Shown here in pieces: positions 50,197 through 64,000 of a stretch of 64,000 bases of DNA. Below the pieces are notes generated by a model. The model made no database searches. It saw nothing but the letters and a program-made list of their open reading frames with translations, and was not told where the DNA came from. The stretch's first letter is position 1. Each line of letters opens with the position of its first letter. Made by a program: the position numbers and the translations under genes. The DNA is from Lingula anatina (Eukaryota; Animalia; Brachiopoda), in contig CM120644.1 of the NCBI GenBank assembly GCA_051362555.1, forward strand, positions 5,340,954-5,404,953, given 5' to 3'.

Positions 50197-52374
50197 GCAC
50201 TCTGCAGTGTGGTAGTTGAGACTGCTGTGGAGATCATAGAATAGCTACCACAATGTATGTGCATACCATACTCATGCTGAAATCTCCATTGGCCTTTAGC
50301 TGCTTGAATGAGATGATACTGATGTAGATTTTGCAGAATTTTTTTAAGGAATATAATTTGGTTGCGCTCTCACTTAGTTGCTGTTTTGCTGCTTGTTTGC
50401 TTTGTGGTTTATAATGACGGTTGGTTTTGTAACTTGTCACTTACCCCTCCTCCCCTTTGCCTTACCCTTCCACTCCCAGGTCATTTTATATATAGAATCA
50501 CATATAGAATCCCTACCTCCAATCTTTTATGTCTGGAATCACATACAGAATCCCCCCCCCCCCCCCCCCCCCGTCCCCTTTTCAGACATTTGTCATTTTT
50601 TAATTGAGACCAGATGCAAGTTTATTCTGAGACACGGCTTGAGTTAATGACATAAAGTGGTGTGACATTCTTTCCCCCTTTTACACCTCCCACTTCAATC
50701 TGTGCCAAGCTTACAGACACTGTCACTCTGTTAAAGAACATACCAAAGCCAATAAGGAATTTGAAAGGATACAGATGGTAAATCCAAACCTGCCTTATCT
50801 AGAGTAGAGCAAGGGAAAACTTCAAAGGAATGATCTCACACGTGTACCTTGTTAGCACAGGTGTTTTCCCTGCATTGCTCAGTGATTGGATCAAGGGCGT
50901 TACTAGACCTTGTAGCTGCTTTGTCATGGGTCCTAGACACACGTTTTGGAGTGTTTTTTGGTTTTCAGTATAACCCATATTATGTGCTGTGCGTGTTATT
51001 TTGGGTTTGTTTTACTAATGAACTTGTTTATCCTGGCATAATGCTATAATGTGGTGTCATGTGGTATGATAATAAAGAGGAAGGATCTGATGCACAGTAT
51101 TAAATGTTTTATATTTTAATATGTTATATCACCTATTTTATTGTGTTGCCTTTAGGTACAACAAGCTGATTGATCTGAAGAAATTTTGTATTATGTACAT
51201 TGCGGATTCAATCTTTGTTTTCATTTTTTTTTTTTCACACTCGTATGTCCTTCAAAGCAAACACTGCATGTATTTTTTTATCGATCTTAAAATGTGTGTA
51301 TGTGTGTGTGATAGGCATGACACAAGCATGACAATTACAAATGTTCTGCATCTGCTACCTTGTACCTTTATTTCAGGCTTAAAAAGAATTGAATTCACAA
51401 CTTTCTTTTTCATGGCAAATTTACTTTTGAGCAAATTAACTGAGAAAATGTCTTTAGAGGATGGTACATGTACATTTTTCCTCCACAGTTGAAGTGGTTA
51501 TGCCACAGATCAGCCGAGGACATGATATATTCCCAGTACTTGCTGACCCCTCAAGTCTCTCTTTTCATCAGTGACCTTTGTCCTGTGACCTTTGACCTGT
51601 CCTGGTTATACCTGTGCACACCTGTTCACAGTTATAAATATAACAAGATCAGCTCTACTGGTTGACAGTGCCGTTGTAACAATATAACAATGATACTGGT
51701 GTGAGCTCTTACGACCAGACATTGATAGCGCTGTTTTGGAGGGCACAACCTCTTCTTTTGTGTCCGTAAAATCCTTCAGACAAATGTAAAATCTTTTAGA
51801 CCAACTGAAGAATAATTGACCAAGCAAACATGTTTTTCTTCTTTAGGTGGCTACATTTTTTATACAATGGAGGGCTGAGTTGATAATTGGCTGTACTGTA
51901 GATTGGAAGTATTGTGTGTAGAGTAATTGGTGCGCCAACCTTGTAAATATTGTCATACATAGATTGGATTATTGTAGTGGAAAGTAATTACATTTGGAAG
52001 TGTGGGGTTGTGATTCAGTAAGATCAGGAGTGTGGGTTTATGTTCTGATGTATCCTATGTCACTATGTGCAAAAGCAATGTTGTTGGCAGTGTGTGTGTG
52101 ATCTCTTTTCTGTTAGATGGTGCCAGAAGTCGATAAGAGTATGTCTAGTATTTATATAAGTTTTGCTATTTTACTAGAATATCCCTTGTAATGGAAATTG
52201 ATCACTGATGATCTGTGATGTTTGTTTTATGTAGAAACATGTAGCAGTAGTTTTTTTTTCTTTTCTTTTTTTTTTCTTAGAAGATTTGGTCAGATTTGAG
52301 ATCTCGTTCTGAACGTAAAACTATACTTACAAATTCTGAACCTTTTTTGGACATGGAAGGGGGGGGGGGATTTA

Positions 52375-52636
52375 GGCTTCGTTCACATGGAATGTCTATT
52401 TTCTAAAAATCTATTTTCTATTCGCGCTATCTTATGATCACGGTCTGTGCCCTGAATATCCCGCCGCGTAATTACTGGCAGCGCGAGCCAGTTACTTATA
52501 GTGACTTACGTATAGTAACTGGCTCGCGCTGCCAGTAATTACGCCGCGGGATATTCAGGGCACAGACCGTGATCATAAGACATACCGCGAATAGAAAATA
52601 GAATTTAGAAAATAGACATTGCATGTGAATGATGCC
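52375..52636. mobile_element. Palindromic (foldback) MITE, PIF/Harbinger-type
   Basis: Two ~120-bp near-perfect inverted arms around a short loop near 52497-52512; GGC...GCC ends with a TTA/TTA duplication. Confidence 0.9.
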
Positions 52637-54123
52637 TTAAACTATATTTGTCACTAAATTGGATGAAATTGCGACAAATTTGGTGGCATATTTTGCTGTG
52701 GTCAACTGGAAACAGTGACAGTTCATTTGTTTCAGTATTTGTCAACACTGAGCTGAATAATGGGAACAAGTTTAGGGACAATTTTTTCACTGGCCGGGGG
52801 ACAACGATAACATCCTTTGTCAATAGATTTGCTCGGATTTGCAGACATTTGTTAAGACCGACAAGAGACAATAATACACCTCTTTGTCCCCCAACCAAAT
52901 TTGACCAAATTTGTAAACAGTTGTGTGAATTAGGGACCGAGTTTTGCGACATTTATGTTGTTAAGAGTGGGGCACACAGTATGATGTGTTCCGCGTCATT
53001 GAAGAGAATGAAAGGCAAATATTTTCTTATTGTTGTGTGCTGGGAGGGTTAGAATAGCAGTGGGCTGCTAAACATGCTTACTTTCACAACCACTACAATG
53101 CTAGGCTGATGAAGGAACTGTATCAGATCAGGACGGTTGTTCAGTAAACGGAAAAGCAAATAACAGGTCTCAGTTTGGGTTTTTTACATCATCGTCATCA
53201 GAAAGTGGGAGTTTTTCATCAATAACTACATTACTCTAGCTGGGTACTTGATCACGTAACAGTTGTGTGAGGTTAAATTTGAGATTTGAGTTCTGTTTTT
53301 ATCACCATCATCAGAAAGTAGAGAAAAGTGTAAGCTTTATCATCCTATAAAGAACCATATCAGATGATATTGACAGATCTGTTGTACCGAATAGGAGATT
53401 TGCTGAATCAAATAACCATCATTGTTGTCATTGTGATCATTATCGGAAATTGGGGGTCGACGCCGGGGCTGTGTTTGTCCCAGATTTATTCCAGACAGCG
53501 GGAGGAGTGAAAGCGGAACAACCTCGGTCAGATTAGAGAAAGCTTTGATCTTTTGTGAACACCACAACAAGAGCAGAGATTCTAAGCTTTTGTGTATAAG
53601 AAACAGGAAAAGATGTATTTGTTGATAGAAAAATACAAGGGCTGAGATAGCTTTTATTGTGTGTGTGTACAGACACAGAGCCACTCACTCATTGCCGAGT
53701 CTATCTGATAGATATTTCAGACAAAAACACACAAATATAGACACTGTGACCAGAAGACGAGAGGTTGACACAGGAGTCTCATATTCCTCACTTGAGACAC
53801 AGTATTAAAGTACCTCCCGACTGTATTGATATTCTTATTGAACCCAGCCTAGGCAGTATTCTACCCCTCCAAAACACTGCCTGCCACACACTGGGTGATC
53901 AACAAGGCGCCAGGATCAATAGTTTTACCAATGAGTTGATTGCTGAGATTTATTGTGGATTTTGACACAGGATGTTGGGCATTTTGAGGTTCTATGGTAT
54001 GCTTGCATACACCACCAGATATAAAGTAAGTGTGGGCTCATTGGGGTGAGTATTAAGGTTTATATAGTGATAGGGAAGTTAGTGATAGTTGAGGAATAGT
54101 AACTGTCTTATTTATTTTTATTT

Positions 54124-54129
<6 letters not shown>

Positions 54130-54187
<58 letters not shown>
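54130..54187. repeat. (CT)n microsatellite
   Basis: Read directly. Confidence 0.95.
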
Positions 54188-54190
<3 letters not shown>

Positions 54191-56835
54191 AACTTTATCT
54201 GAATTTCTACTCTATGTCACAATGTGAATGAGCAAGCAGTTTTAGGTCCTTTTATATTTAAATTGTACTACTTCTGTAATATGTGAATGCCACCAAATAG
54301 CTTTATTTCCGAAACATGCTTGAAAAAAAAAGGCAAAAAGAAATATTTACACAACCTTTGTTGGATGAGGTTAAAGGTATGATGTGTAACCTTACATGCA
54401 GTTCAGATTCATAAAATTTTTAGGGCGCACAGATCATTTTGTTGGCAACACGTTAAAAAAAATTGAAAAGAAAACATTTGTGCAGCCTTTACAATGTGGG
54501 CCTAAAGTTTTCCACCTGGGTATATTATTTACCAGTAAAAGGAAGGAACAAATCCATCAAAGCCAAGTCAATAAGAAAACTGAACCAAGGCTTGGGACAG
54601 ACAAGATTCCGTAAATATTTTCTTTACAATTTTTGGGTGATGAGGGGTGACTTGCATCTGGAGGGGGCTGGTAAGATAAATAAATAAGTCATCTTCTGTT
54701 TTGTGCTGCTGTTTGGAAAGTCGTGCCACCCAAGAAAGCTGACTCTTTAGTGGTAAAATCTGATACAGGTGGATTGATGAAGATAGAGTTTCCCAGTTGA
54801 CTCGGCTCCTTTATTTGTTGTGGAGTTTGAAAAGGAGTAAGCACTTTAGAAAGGCAATTTGTGTGGCAACTTTTTATGAAGATTTACTGTGGCCATTAGA
54901 CCATTTTATTATCATAACTAATGTTTCCAGTCAGGGTGGATTTAGCTAACTCTCTACAACCTAACTCATTCAGCTTTAGGAATACAGTGAGCTCTCTGTA
55001 GGAAGCCATTTTTACCTCTGAGTCTGTAAAAAATAGTATCAGGGGGAGGACATATTTTAGTAAAGATCTACCTTTGAATAAAAACAATTTAATAAAGATA
55101 GTAACCCCTTGGAAAGTAGTGCAAAAAAGAGATCAAAGTGAAATTACCCCTTAGAAAAATTTTATATGAAAAATTGATCACTGTCAGAGAGAAATTATTT
55201 ACCCTCTCCCCCCCTCCCAGGTCATTCCCTGGCTACAGTCAGTGGTCAGCAGGTGCTTTATTGGATAAGGGTCAGTCTGGTCAAGTGGTCAGTCAGTATG
55301 TTAGGCCTGGTCAGTGAGGTAACGGGGCTATGTCAACATATATAAACAGTATCAGTGTGAAGTGGGGAAAGAGGGCAGGGAGAGGGGGGTGGGGGGGGGG
55401 GAGGCACATGTCAGACTAGTTGATCTAATGTTATGGATGAAATGAGGTTTGGACTGGATACAGTTTTAGGGAAATCTTTCCCTTGTTTAGCCCGATTAAG
55501 CAAGGAATTTGAAATAAATTTGATGAAGTAGGCTAGTTTGTTATTTTTCCTTACTATTAGCGTGTTATCTAGATGCACATGCCCATATTTTGCTGTTTAT
55601 CCAACCTGTGTTGCATGTAATTCTGTTGTTTTGAGAGGAAAATTGTTGTTTTGATGAGAATTTCATAGTTTTTATTAAAAGTCTGAAAATTTACAGTATT
55701 TTCTGGAAAACCAGTAAACTGATACAAATAAAGGTAGAAATTAAGTGTTAGGGAAAGCCACATCAGTGAGGTCATTTTATAACCAATAAAATGATTAGAA
55801 AGAGGAAAAGCTTGCAGCTGCCAGACTGGCGAAAATGGAATAGAAAGAAAACTGCAATTTGATGTACAACTAATGACAGTAACGGATGATACCGAAATGA
55901 AAAGCTTTCAGTTGTCAGACACATCTGAATAGAGAGAAAGAGATGATGTTCCAGCATGTTACACAAGAACAGAGGCAAAAAATTCTTGAAAAGGAAAAGC
56001 TTTCAGGTGCAAAATGTGCTGAAATGAGAAATAATTGCTATTTTCACTTAGGTTTGGTAATTGGGCTAGCTATTTCTGTTGTGTTTGACTCACAGTAATG
56101 GTAGTTGCCATGGTAATGAATTACTCTAACAGATACCTGTTGTGAAAGACAATTGAAGCTGATACAAGTGAAAAAACTGAAACTTTTGATCAATAAGCGA
56201 TGTGTATTTTTTTGTCTAGTAAGGATGGTTATTCTTTGGGAAAGAGTGTGTGTGTGTGTGTGGGGGGGGGGGGGGGTGAAGTAGTAAAAAGGAAAAAAAA
56301 TGTGAAATTAGACAATTTTTCAAAAATCTAATATCTTGAGCTTACATTGAATTTTGAACTTACTGGTGCTTTTGACATCTTTACACCCAGTATTAACAGT
56401 AACTAATACTGATAGGTACAGAGCCCTGGTTCTGAGACCAGCGAAACCACGCACGCAATCACGCTATTGTGTGTGTTAAAAGATCAAAAGGATTGGGACT
56501 GAGTCAACATCTACCATCAGTACGTGACATGTGACAGAGACAATAGACGTTGTCAGTAACAAGATGTCACACCTCACGCGCCCGGCACAGGTGTCCTGTT
56601 ATCAGCCACAGAGATCTCAGATTATAACAGATTTCACTGTACAAATGATAACACACCTGGGTCCCCGGCTTCACAAAGGAACTGGAGGCCATAGTTTGTG
56701 TGCAGCTTTAGTCTGATGTTGGAGTGGTCTGTGATTTCAATCCTGATAATTCATCATCATTCAAAACAGATAGCATTTATATTACTTTAATTTAATTAAA
56801 TTTTATGTTATGTTTTATTTTTTTGCATTCATCCA

Positions 56836-56883
<48 letters not shown>

Positions 56884-59136
56884 TGGGCCGATGTTGTCAT
56901 CTATTTGGACCACTGTATTATGTGTGAATCTAGTGAATGACTAAAACAAGCAGATATCTGGAGGAGAAATTGCCGGCGAGTGTTGAATTATAACACTATA
57001 GTGTGATGTGCACACATTATAGCGTACAGCATAATATGCAATTCACATCAAAGAGGTGGAAAATTACTGACATGGTACAGAGCTTTCTGAAGATAATTTA
57101 TTACAGAACTTGAACAAATTTGATTCATTGCATGTTAGTATATGCAGTGCCTTTATGGTGATATTTAGAAAAACTATTCCAAATTTTCATATATCACTAT
57201 GAATACAAACAGTTTTGACAGCTGACTTTGTGCTTATAATTTCTAACTTTAGGGAGCCACCCCAAGCCCTGCTTTGTCCCACCCACCCCCATTGTAACCA
57301 TGGCGACATGTGGTGCTAGATTGGCTTCCTCTTTTGTAATCACATGATCTGTCATTATAACACACACACACACACACACACTGTAACGTTTGCCCAGGTG
57401 AATATGGTAAAAATCTACAGGTCTGATAGTAATACAGTGGTGTATAAAAGTTAGTATAACAAACTGTTATTAATTATGACAGAAACACAGACTGCCTTTG
57501 AAATACATATGGACTATTAGTTTAAGTCAAATTTTTGTCTAGTTGGTAGACATGAATGGATGTGCAACTCAGTGTTAGTGTTTTCTGATAAACTAGGATG
57601 AAATATGTCTGTTACTACAGTAGAGAGTCAACATTCTCAGTCCAAAAATTCGATAACTGTATGTGCAAAAGGACAAAACAAGATAGATTTTCACTTCCTC
57701 ATGCGTCAGGTGTGAAGGTAGATCTTTGTTTAAAGGCTTGCAAAACACAGGAAAAAAATAGAGTTACTGAAGTTATTAACAGTCGAATAGAGATTGGTAT
57801 AGGGTAGGGGCCATATTTGATGACCTGTGATTGCTTTTGATCTGAAGTCAATATTGATATCGTCTCATATTTCTCAATAGTATTTACAAATTGCATTACC
57901 GTCAACAAAACTTGTTTACAGTCTTCTTTCTTCACTTAAGGCAAAAATTAGCTCACCAGAGAGAAAATTAAAACATTCATGTGTATTGTTGAAGACAGTT
58001 TGTTCTTTGATATGTGCTTGTTGACATTAATTTAGTGTTTGTAATTGTATTGCCAAATGAAAAAATTGTCTCCTGATTTTAATTAGTAAAAGGAAGTGGT
58101 TTTGTCAGCCATTTTGATATTTTATTGAGAAAAAAAAATGTAGTCGTATTAATGTTCATTGACTGTTTGAAAATGTTTGATTGTCTTGGAGAGCATTTGT
58201 CCCTGAAAAGAAACTGCCATAAAAGATGATTGAATCTTAAGAAGTCTTCATAGCTGAGGGAAATCTGACAACACTAGCAACCATTTATAGTAAATTCAAC
58301 AATGCCTCTCTGAAGTATCCTAAATACTTGGGCAGAACTATTTATTGCAGGTTAACACTAAATATTTTCAGTGACCCTAAATCATCTTAAAGTGAGTTTA
58401 CTTAATAAACACATGTCTGTGTTAGTGTCCATATTGTTGTTGTTTTAGAACCCTAATGATGAAGGAGTTTGCTATTTTTATTGCCCCTTGTTGAAATATC
58501 ACTGCCTGAATTGCTATTTAATGACAGTAAGGGGTTGGTGGCACTGAGGTCCTGGTGAATCTTCTATTTTGGAATGTTGTCTTAAGAGTAGGCATGTCAG
58601 TATAACACAGACTTGACAGATGAAGAGGTCATCCTTCATGACTGCTTGACTTTTTTCTTTTCTTTCTCTTTTTATGAAGGGCAGAGGGGGAAGTTGTAAA
58701 AATAAAGGTATTAAGCAGCACTTTTAGCTAGGCGACTATTTTCCCCACCAGTCACAAGTATGTCTTTTATTGTCGTGAAGTTTATAAAACATCAAGTATT
58801 CTCAAATATAAATACATACAAGAAAGCTATTAAAATGCCATGTCCCTTGTTATTAATTTATAATACAGCTACAGTTATCTTTTGTATTGTGTTTCCACTG
58901 GCCGTTATGGTTCCACTGTTATAGTACAAGTCTAGGTTGGATCACCTGTATTAAAACATATATTATGAACAAACTGCATTACTTCATACAGCAACCTAGT
59001 ACATTCAGATAATAATGGATCTAGCTTAAGCTGCCCATTGCCTGAAGGCTGCTGTGAACCAGGATCGCAGTGAGGATTTTGGTAGTGTAAATGTTCCTAG
59101 TGTGGTGAATGGACCATGATGACAGGGCACAGGGTC

Positions 59137-59167
<31 letters not shown>

Positions 59168-61347
59168 AGGGGAGGTAGACAGACAGAGACAGATCAGGAA
59201 GAGGTCGCTACAGGTCAGTTCACACTAGGATTACTGCTAAACGTAATTACAGACCAACTCATGTTATAGATGTCTAAGGTACAGAGGGAGCTCATAGTTG
59301 TCCTTCAGATAGAGACCATGTTATGCTTCATTTGTTGGAGTTTGTGGTAGGTTAATTTGCTGCTCTAATGGCATATTTAAGGCACACTTTCATTTTAGTC
59401 TGACCTTGTCTAAACACGCCCAGATTCTCTGGCTCCCAACATTTGATTGGCATCAGATAAAGCAGCAGTCTCAGGTAGCTGCTACTGTGGCAGAGCACTG
59501 AGGTGTAGTTGTATGTTAACAGTTAAGACCTGAGGATTCCACAGTTAACAGTATCTGGTACAGGAGGAAAGATGTGAATGAAAGCTGGTATGTCAGCTAT
59601 GACGGACATGATGATGACAGTTTAGGAAGTAACGAGATCAGGAGGAAGGAATTCCCAAAATTTACCTGTTGGAAAGAGAGAAGTAATGTCTTCATCAGGA
59701 ACCTCGGATTTATGAATGAGTATTTTTGTTGACAAGAGTAAGAATAATATAGTTTTTTTTTTTTTCCTTTTTTTTTTCGAGTATTAAATATTTGTTTTTC
59801 CCTGAATGGAGAAGGATTAAAAGTATTACATATTTTCCCAAGCATTAAAAGATGGCATTTGGAATGAGTGACAAAGTCTAGAAGGAATTTTATCAGCAGT
59901 CAGGAAGTGACAACATGTTTTACAGGTGTTAGATAGAGAGGGGTGAGGAAACAGTCCTTAGGGTAAGACTTTAATTGTTGCCGGACAGATTTTATATTTA
60001 TAGAAAAAAACATCAGATAATTTTCTTTAGAGATATGCAAAATCCAGAGTAAATTCTAGTTCAAAACTGAGAAGTAGAACAATAAAGAATAACATATATT
60101 ATAAAAAGAAGATTTTGTTGCCATGTAAAAAAAAACTTAAATCAGTGTACATTGTTTTGATATGTATAAGAATAAAAAACTTGCAGTTTAATATATCTTA
60201 ACATAAGAACTGATTTTTTTTCCGATAGGTAGTAAATTAACAGACAGGAGAATCTGAATTTGAATTTGAGTAAAAATAAACGTAAAAGATCAGTGAAACA
60301 GACAAGTGAAATAGAAGAGATTTGTACATTTCAAAAGAAAATAGGTCACGACATTGACAGCAGCATAGAAAAAGGAGCCGGGCTTTAGCAGAGACAACAA
60401 AGCCTGGGAGAGAGGGCAGAAAGGCAGAGAGAATGGCCAAAAGACACAAAGAGAAACACGGTGAATGGAAACCAGAGGAAACCCCTTTTATTGAACTAGT
60501 TAGATGAAACTGTAAAAGAGAACGGTGCACAAGACACAGTAGCAGCTGCTGGCCAACTGAAGGTGGTAGGGAGGTACGCACATAAAAATTAGTGTTGCAA
60601 AGTACAGTTTGGGCAGAACATTGATGATAAAAATTAGTGATTTTAAGATAATTTCTAGAGGTAGGTACTTGTAGGGTATTCCAAGGATATTTGGAGATAT
60701 ATACTTAATGGAAGGAAAAAAAAAATGCTGCTTAAGGAATCCCTGTTCGTATGGGCTCCACAGACTATTAACAACACAAGTTTGTAGAGAGATAATGGTG
60801 GAATACAGGGAATACTTCCATTAGGGACCAGCAAGGTTGCACAGAATTTTTTTTTCCATATATTCAAGGTTTACTTTGAGGTAAAAAAGTATTAGTGGAT
60901 GGCTGTTCTTCATAACATTTGTAAGTACTGATCCAATGTAGCAAGATTTTTTTTTTTGTTAACTACAGGCTGGGTGGAGTGATTACAAGAGCAGTCCTTT
61001 TATGAGGACAGCTAATTCATTGTAAACAACAAGATTAAGTATTTGATATAGAACGGTACCAGGTTTGTGGTTATAACTGGGAAGTGAAAAGGACTAACTA
61101 TATTCTGCACAAAGATTTTAGGAAGAAAAATGTTGAGGATATCTCTCTAGTAATATGCCAGTTGGCTTCTTTTTGTTACTTGGTGAATTTCAAAATACAG
61201 AGGTTATGCCAAGGCATCTTTCCAGTGCTGATGTGCTATGAAACATGGTCTGTATGAGTATCACAATATTTTCAGAAAGCTGAGCCTGGAAAATATTGAT
61301 ACCAAAGCTTCTTACCACTAAATTCCACCTTTAATCTGGAGACTTAA

Positions 61348-61586
61348 GCCCCGTCCCCGTACCTAGATTGATCTAATAGGATCGATCCATCTCCGAGGAG
61401 ATTCTCACTGAATTGCACTCAGCTTAAGTGGCTCAGATGTCTGTTAAGGGGAGTAATTAACTATTGTTTAGCAGCTTCAGAAGACACGCCAGACATCTTA
61501 ATCACTTAAATTTAATCCAATTTAGTGAGAATCCCTTCAGAGACAGATCGATCCTGCTGGTTCGATCTAGGTATGGGAACAGGGAC
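61348..61586. mobile_element. MITE related to family A with long inverted arms
   Basis: CCCGTACCTAGAT...AGGATCGATC...GATTCTCACT versus AGTGAGAATC...GATCGATCCT...ATCTAGGTATGGG; central GTAATTAACT as in family A. Confidence 0.72.
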
Positions 61587-62306
61587 ATAAATTTGAGATT
61601 GTCCAATGTTTGTGCCACCAGCAGACACAGAGGCTGTATTGGTCAAGTCAAGTGTCCAGTAAGTCCACTCAAGGGGACACACAAGTGGTCTGGACAAACA
61701 AGCCCAAATTGTCTTGACTCTATTTTTGAGGTAGCCCACTGGATCTGTGGCGCTCCTGCAGATTGTGACCAGTGCAGTTCCTGAGTGCCCCTACAATGGC
61801 CTATACATTGTGCGGCCGTGGGTGAGAAAAAGACATTTTCCTCTGCAGGTGTCTTGAGTTTGTTGTAATTTTGCTGAGGAATGAACCCCTTGTAAGGTTT
61901 AATTTTAAAACTGTCTCCTGGTATTATCACTGTCATTGTCAAGTGGTCATCATTGGGAAATGGCTACTGTACTTCTGTCTATCCATTCAGAACAGATGAT
62001 CTGCAGACTAACTGATTTAATATGCTCAATAATTCAACAGTGACCTTTATATGGTACAGAGGAGGCAAGTATCTTTTTGCCCTTTACGTTGTCACACTGG
62101 AAATATACATCGCCTTTAATGTCTTTCTGTTTAACTTAGTGAGACTTATCTTGAAGCTCCCACGGACAGATTGGAACCTTTTTATCAAGGACCCCCCTTT
62201 GTGACTGAAATAGGTATAATTGTTTTGTTGGTATACTTGAACATGTGGGGGGTGAGGGGTTTGCCCACTTGGGGAAGTCAGCCTAAACACCTCTTATCAC
62301 TGTTAA

Positions 62307-63902
62307 GGGATCTTGGATATTAACAAAAAACTCCAAAACTAATGCAGCTAATGAAATTTCCTATTAACTTAAAGATAAGGTCTGGCAAGCCAAACAATTT
62401 TTCAAAGTTTGTAGTCACAGTGTAACACGAGTGACGTAATATCAGCGTTTTGAGGCTAAAATTGTCCTTTTTTTAATCAAGAATTTCTCTTAAACAAAAA
62501 GCCCTATTAATACGATTGAAATAGCTATCTAAAAGTTAGCACAAACTCCAGTGATCTCTGTCAGGATTTTCTCTTTTTATTTTTGCTTTTGATTTTATTT
62601 TGATAAAACGTGAATTTTACGAAATATATATGGACCTTCCAATTTCAGTATTAATAACTTCAAAAATAAAAGGTCAATCCAAAAACCAAGACTCAGTCGA
62701 CTAGATATTATACTGAAACAGAGACACATCAAATTTCATGTCAATCTGACAGTTACAGAATGAGATATGGGTATTGAAGTTTAGACTATGTTATCAATCT
62801 TCAAAGCTGAGAAATCGCTCCTAAACCATTTTGCTCAGGTAATTGGGCTATTTAAGCAAAATAATTGCACCTCCACCTTACCTGTTATCATCTTGTTGAT
62901 CGGGAAGGTCTATACACCATTACGTGTTAAAATTGGGTTGTTTGTTTCTATCTAGATGCCAGAAAATCTTACTTTTGTACGCAAACTTATTCGTACCACG
63001 AAAGCCGCTCTTCGCTGAGAAATGATTGACAGCTGAGTAGGTCTACCTTCTCTCGTTTCACTGACGTAATTAATCATAATTGTGCCTGACGCAGTAGGAG
63101 TCTGTGCACTGTCTAGGAAGTGTCTAAGGAAGCGCTTACAAACAAAAAGAGGATCACTTGGTGTGCCAGCAGAGGAAATTTGCCACCCGTAGTGCGTGGA
63201 CGCCGCTCTACACGCCAAGACGCGAAAATTGAGAAAGCAAAGCAAGATTTACTCCGAGAAATGGCCGAATGTGGGTACGCATATGCCATGATGCCACAGA
63301 GTGCCAAGACCGTAATATGCGAATTTGATAATGTTTTGGGTGGCAATATTACTAAAAAACTTGCTTGCTATTACAATCTTTATTGTGCATAAAATGATTG
63401 CCTAACGATTTTTTTCTGACAACCCCAGACGTTGTACGAATACTCAGCAGTTCAAGTGTGATCTCGAGTCTTTACCTAGACGTGATTTAGACGCTATAGG
63501 AGAAAATTTAATATATCGTACACTCTCTTTCAAAATTCTCTTGCTTTCCTCGCTCATCCGTTTTCTCACGACTTTCTTTCTTCCCATGACTGTTTATATA
63601 ACTGTGTTCTGCTTAGCTGACGTAAGACTTATGAGCTGCCAGGGCACGCGTAACAGCTTAAGAAATTAGACAACCATTCCTGCCCCGCCTCACCATAGTA
63701 ACGGTGCTTGACAACGGAGGCGGAGCCTAAAGCCTGCCACCCGTACCAGTCAGGACAGGTAGAAAAACTCGTCCAAATGTTTATTTTTAGTCCGTGTTTC
63801 ACAAATATAACTTAATTGAGTATTAGATACAAAATTGATTATTTCTAACGTATAAAAAACTAAAAATCGAGTTTTAGACGTATTTTTAATATCCTAGACC
63901 CC
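62307..63902. mobile_element. Non-autonomous Kolobok-like DNA transposon (~1.6 kb)
   Basis: TTAA|GGGATCTTGGATATTAACAAAAAACTCCAAAACT at the left and AGTTTTAGACGTATTTTTAATATCCTAGACCCC|TTAA at the right (~30-bp imperfect TIR, TTAA duplication, RR...YY ends); CpG-rich. Confidence 0.8.
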
Positions 63903-64000
63903 TTAAGATAATGGGACAGAGAAGTCACAGTGTGGTGGACTGCCCCCCTCCTTGTCTGCCCACGCCACTGGTGTAATAGTACAAAGAGGGACAGTTAGTT

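Noticed and set aside
52648-53052. 134-aa and antisense 115-aa ORFs
   Set aside because: No domain similarity and no phase-compatible splice sites; not PDZ- or PTP-like.
60340-60590. Purine-rich frame (RSRALAETTKPGREGRKAERMAKRHKEKHGEWKPEETPF)
   Set aside because: Interrupted by stops, no splice context and no recognisable family.

Overview
AT-rich, intron-rich animal genomic DNA, most likely from an invertebrate (chitin-binding gene, CpG-depleted gene body, many MITEs); the species cannot be fixed from sequence alone. Two genes lie head to head. On the minus strand (1873->~215) is a small secreted protein of about 127 aa with a signal peptide and one six-cysteine chitin-binding type-2 (CBM14/peritrophin-A)-like domain. 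On the plus strand is a PTPN3/PTPN4 (Ptpmeg)-family gene: candidate promoter near 3830, a ~20 kb first intron, and phase-consistent coding exons from 24965 to at least 47732 encoding the FERM and FERM-adjacent regions. Its PDZ and phosphatase exons were not found and presumably lie beyond the window. The main observation is a pair of tandemly duplicated 79-nt exons (29417-29495 and 31575-31653) that must be spliced mutually exclusively and that swap C-D-P-C for S-D-P-S in the FERM domain. Other candidates are a FERM-only terminal exon, a uORF-dense 5'UTR exon, tandem splice sites, a ~215-bp MITE family present as three matched subfamily pairs, a near-perfect 262-bp palindromic MITE, and several non-autonomous DNA transposons. 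Most ORFs in the supplied track are spurious. All calls were read by eye; no database search was run.
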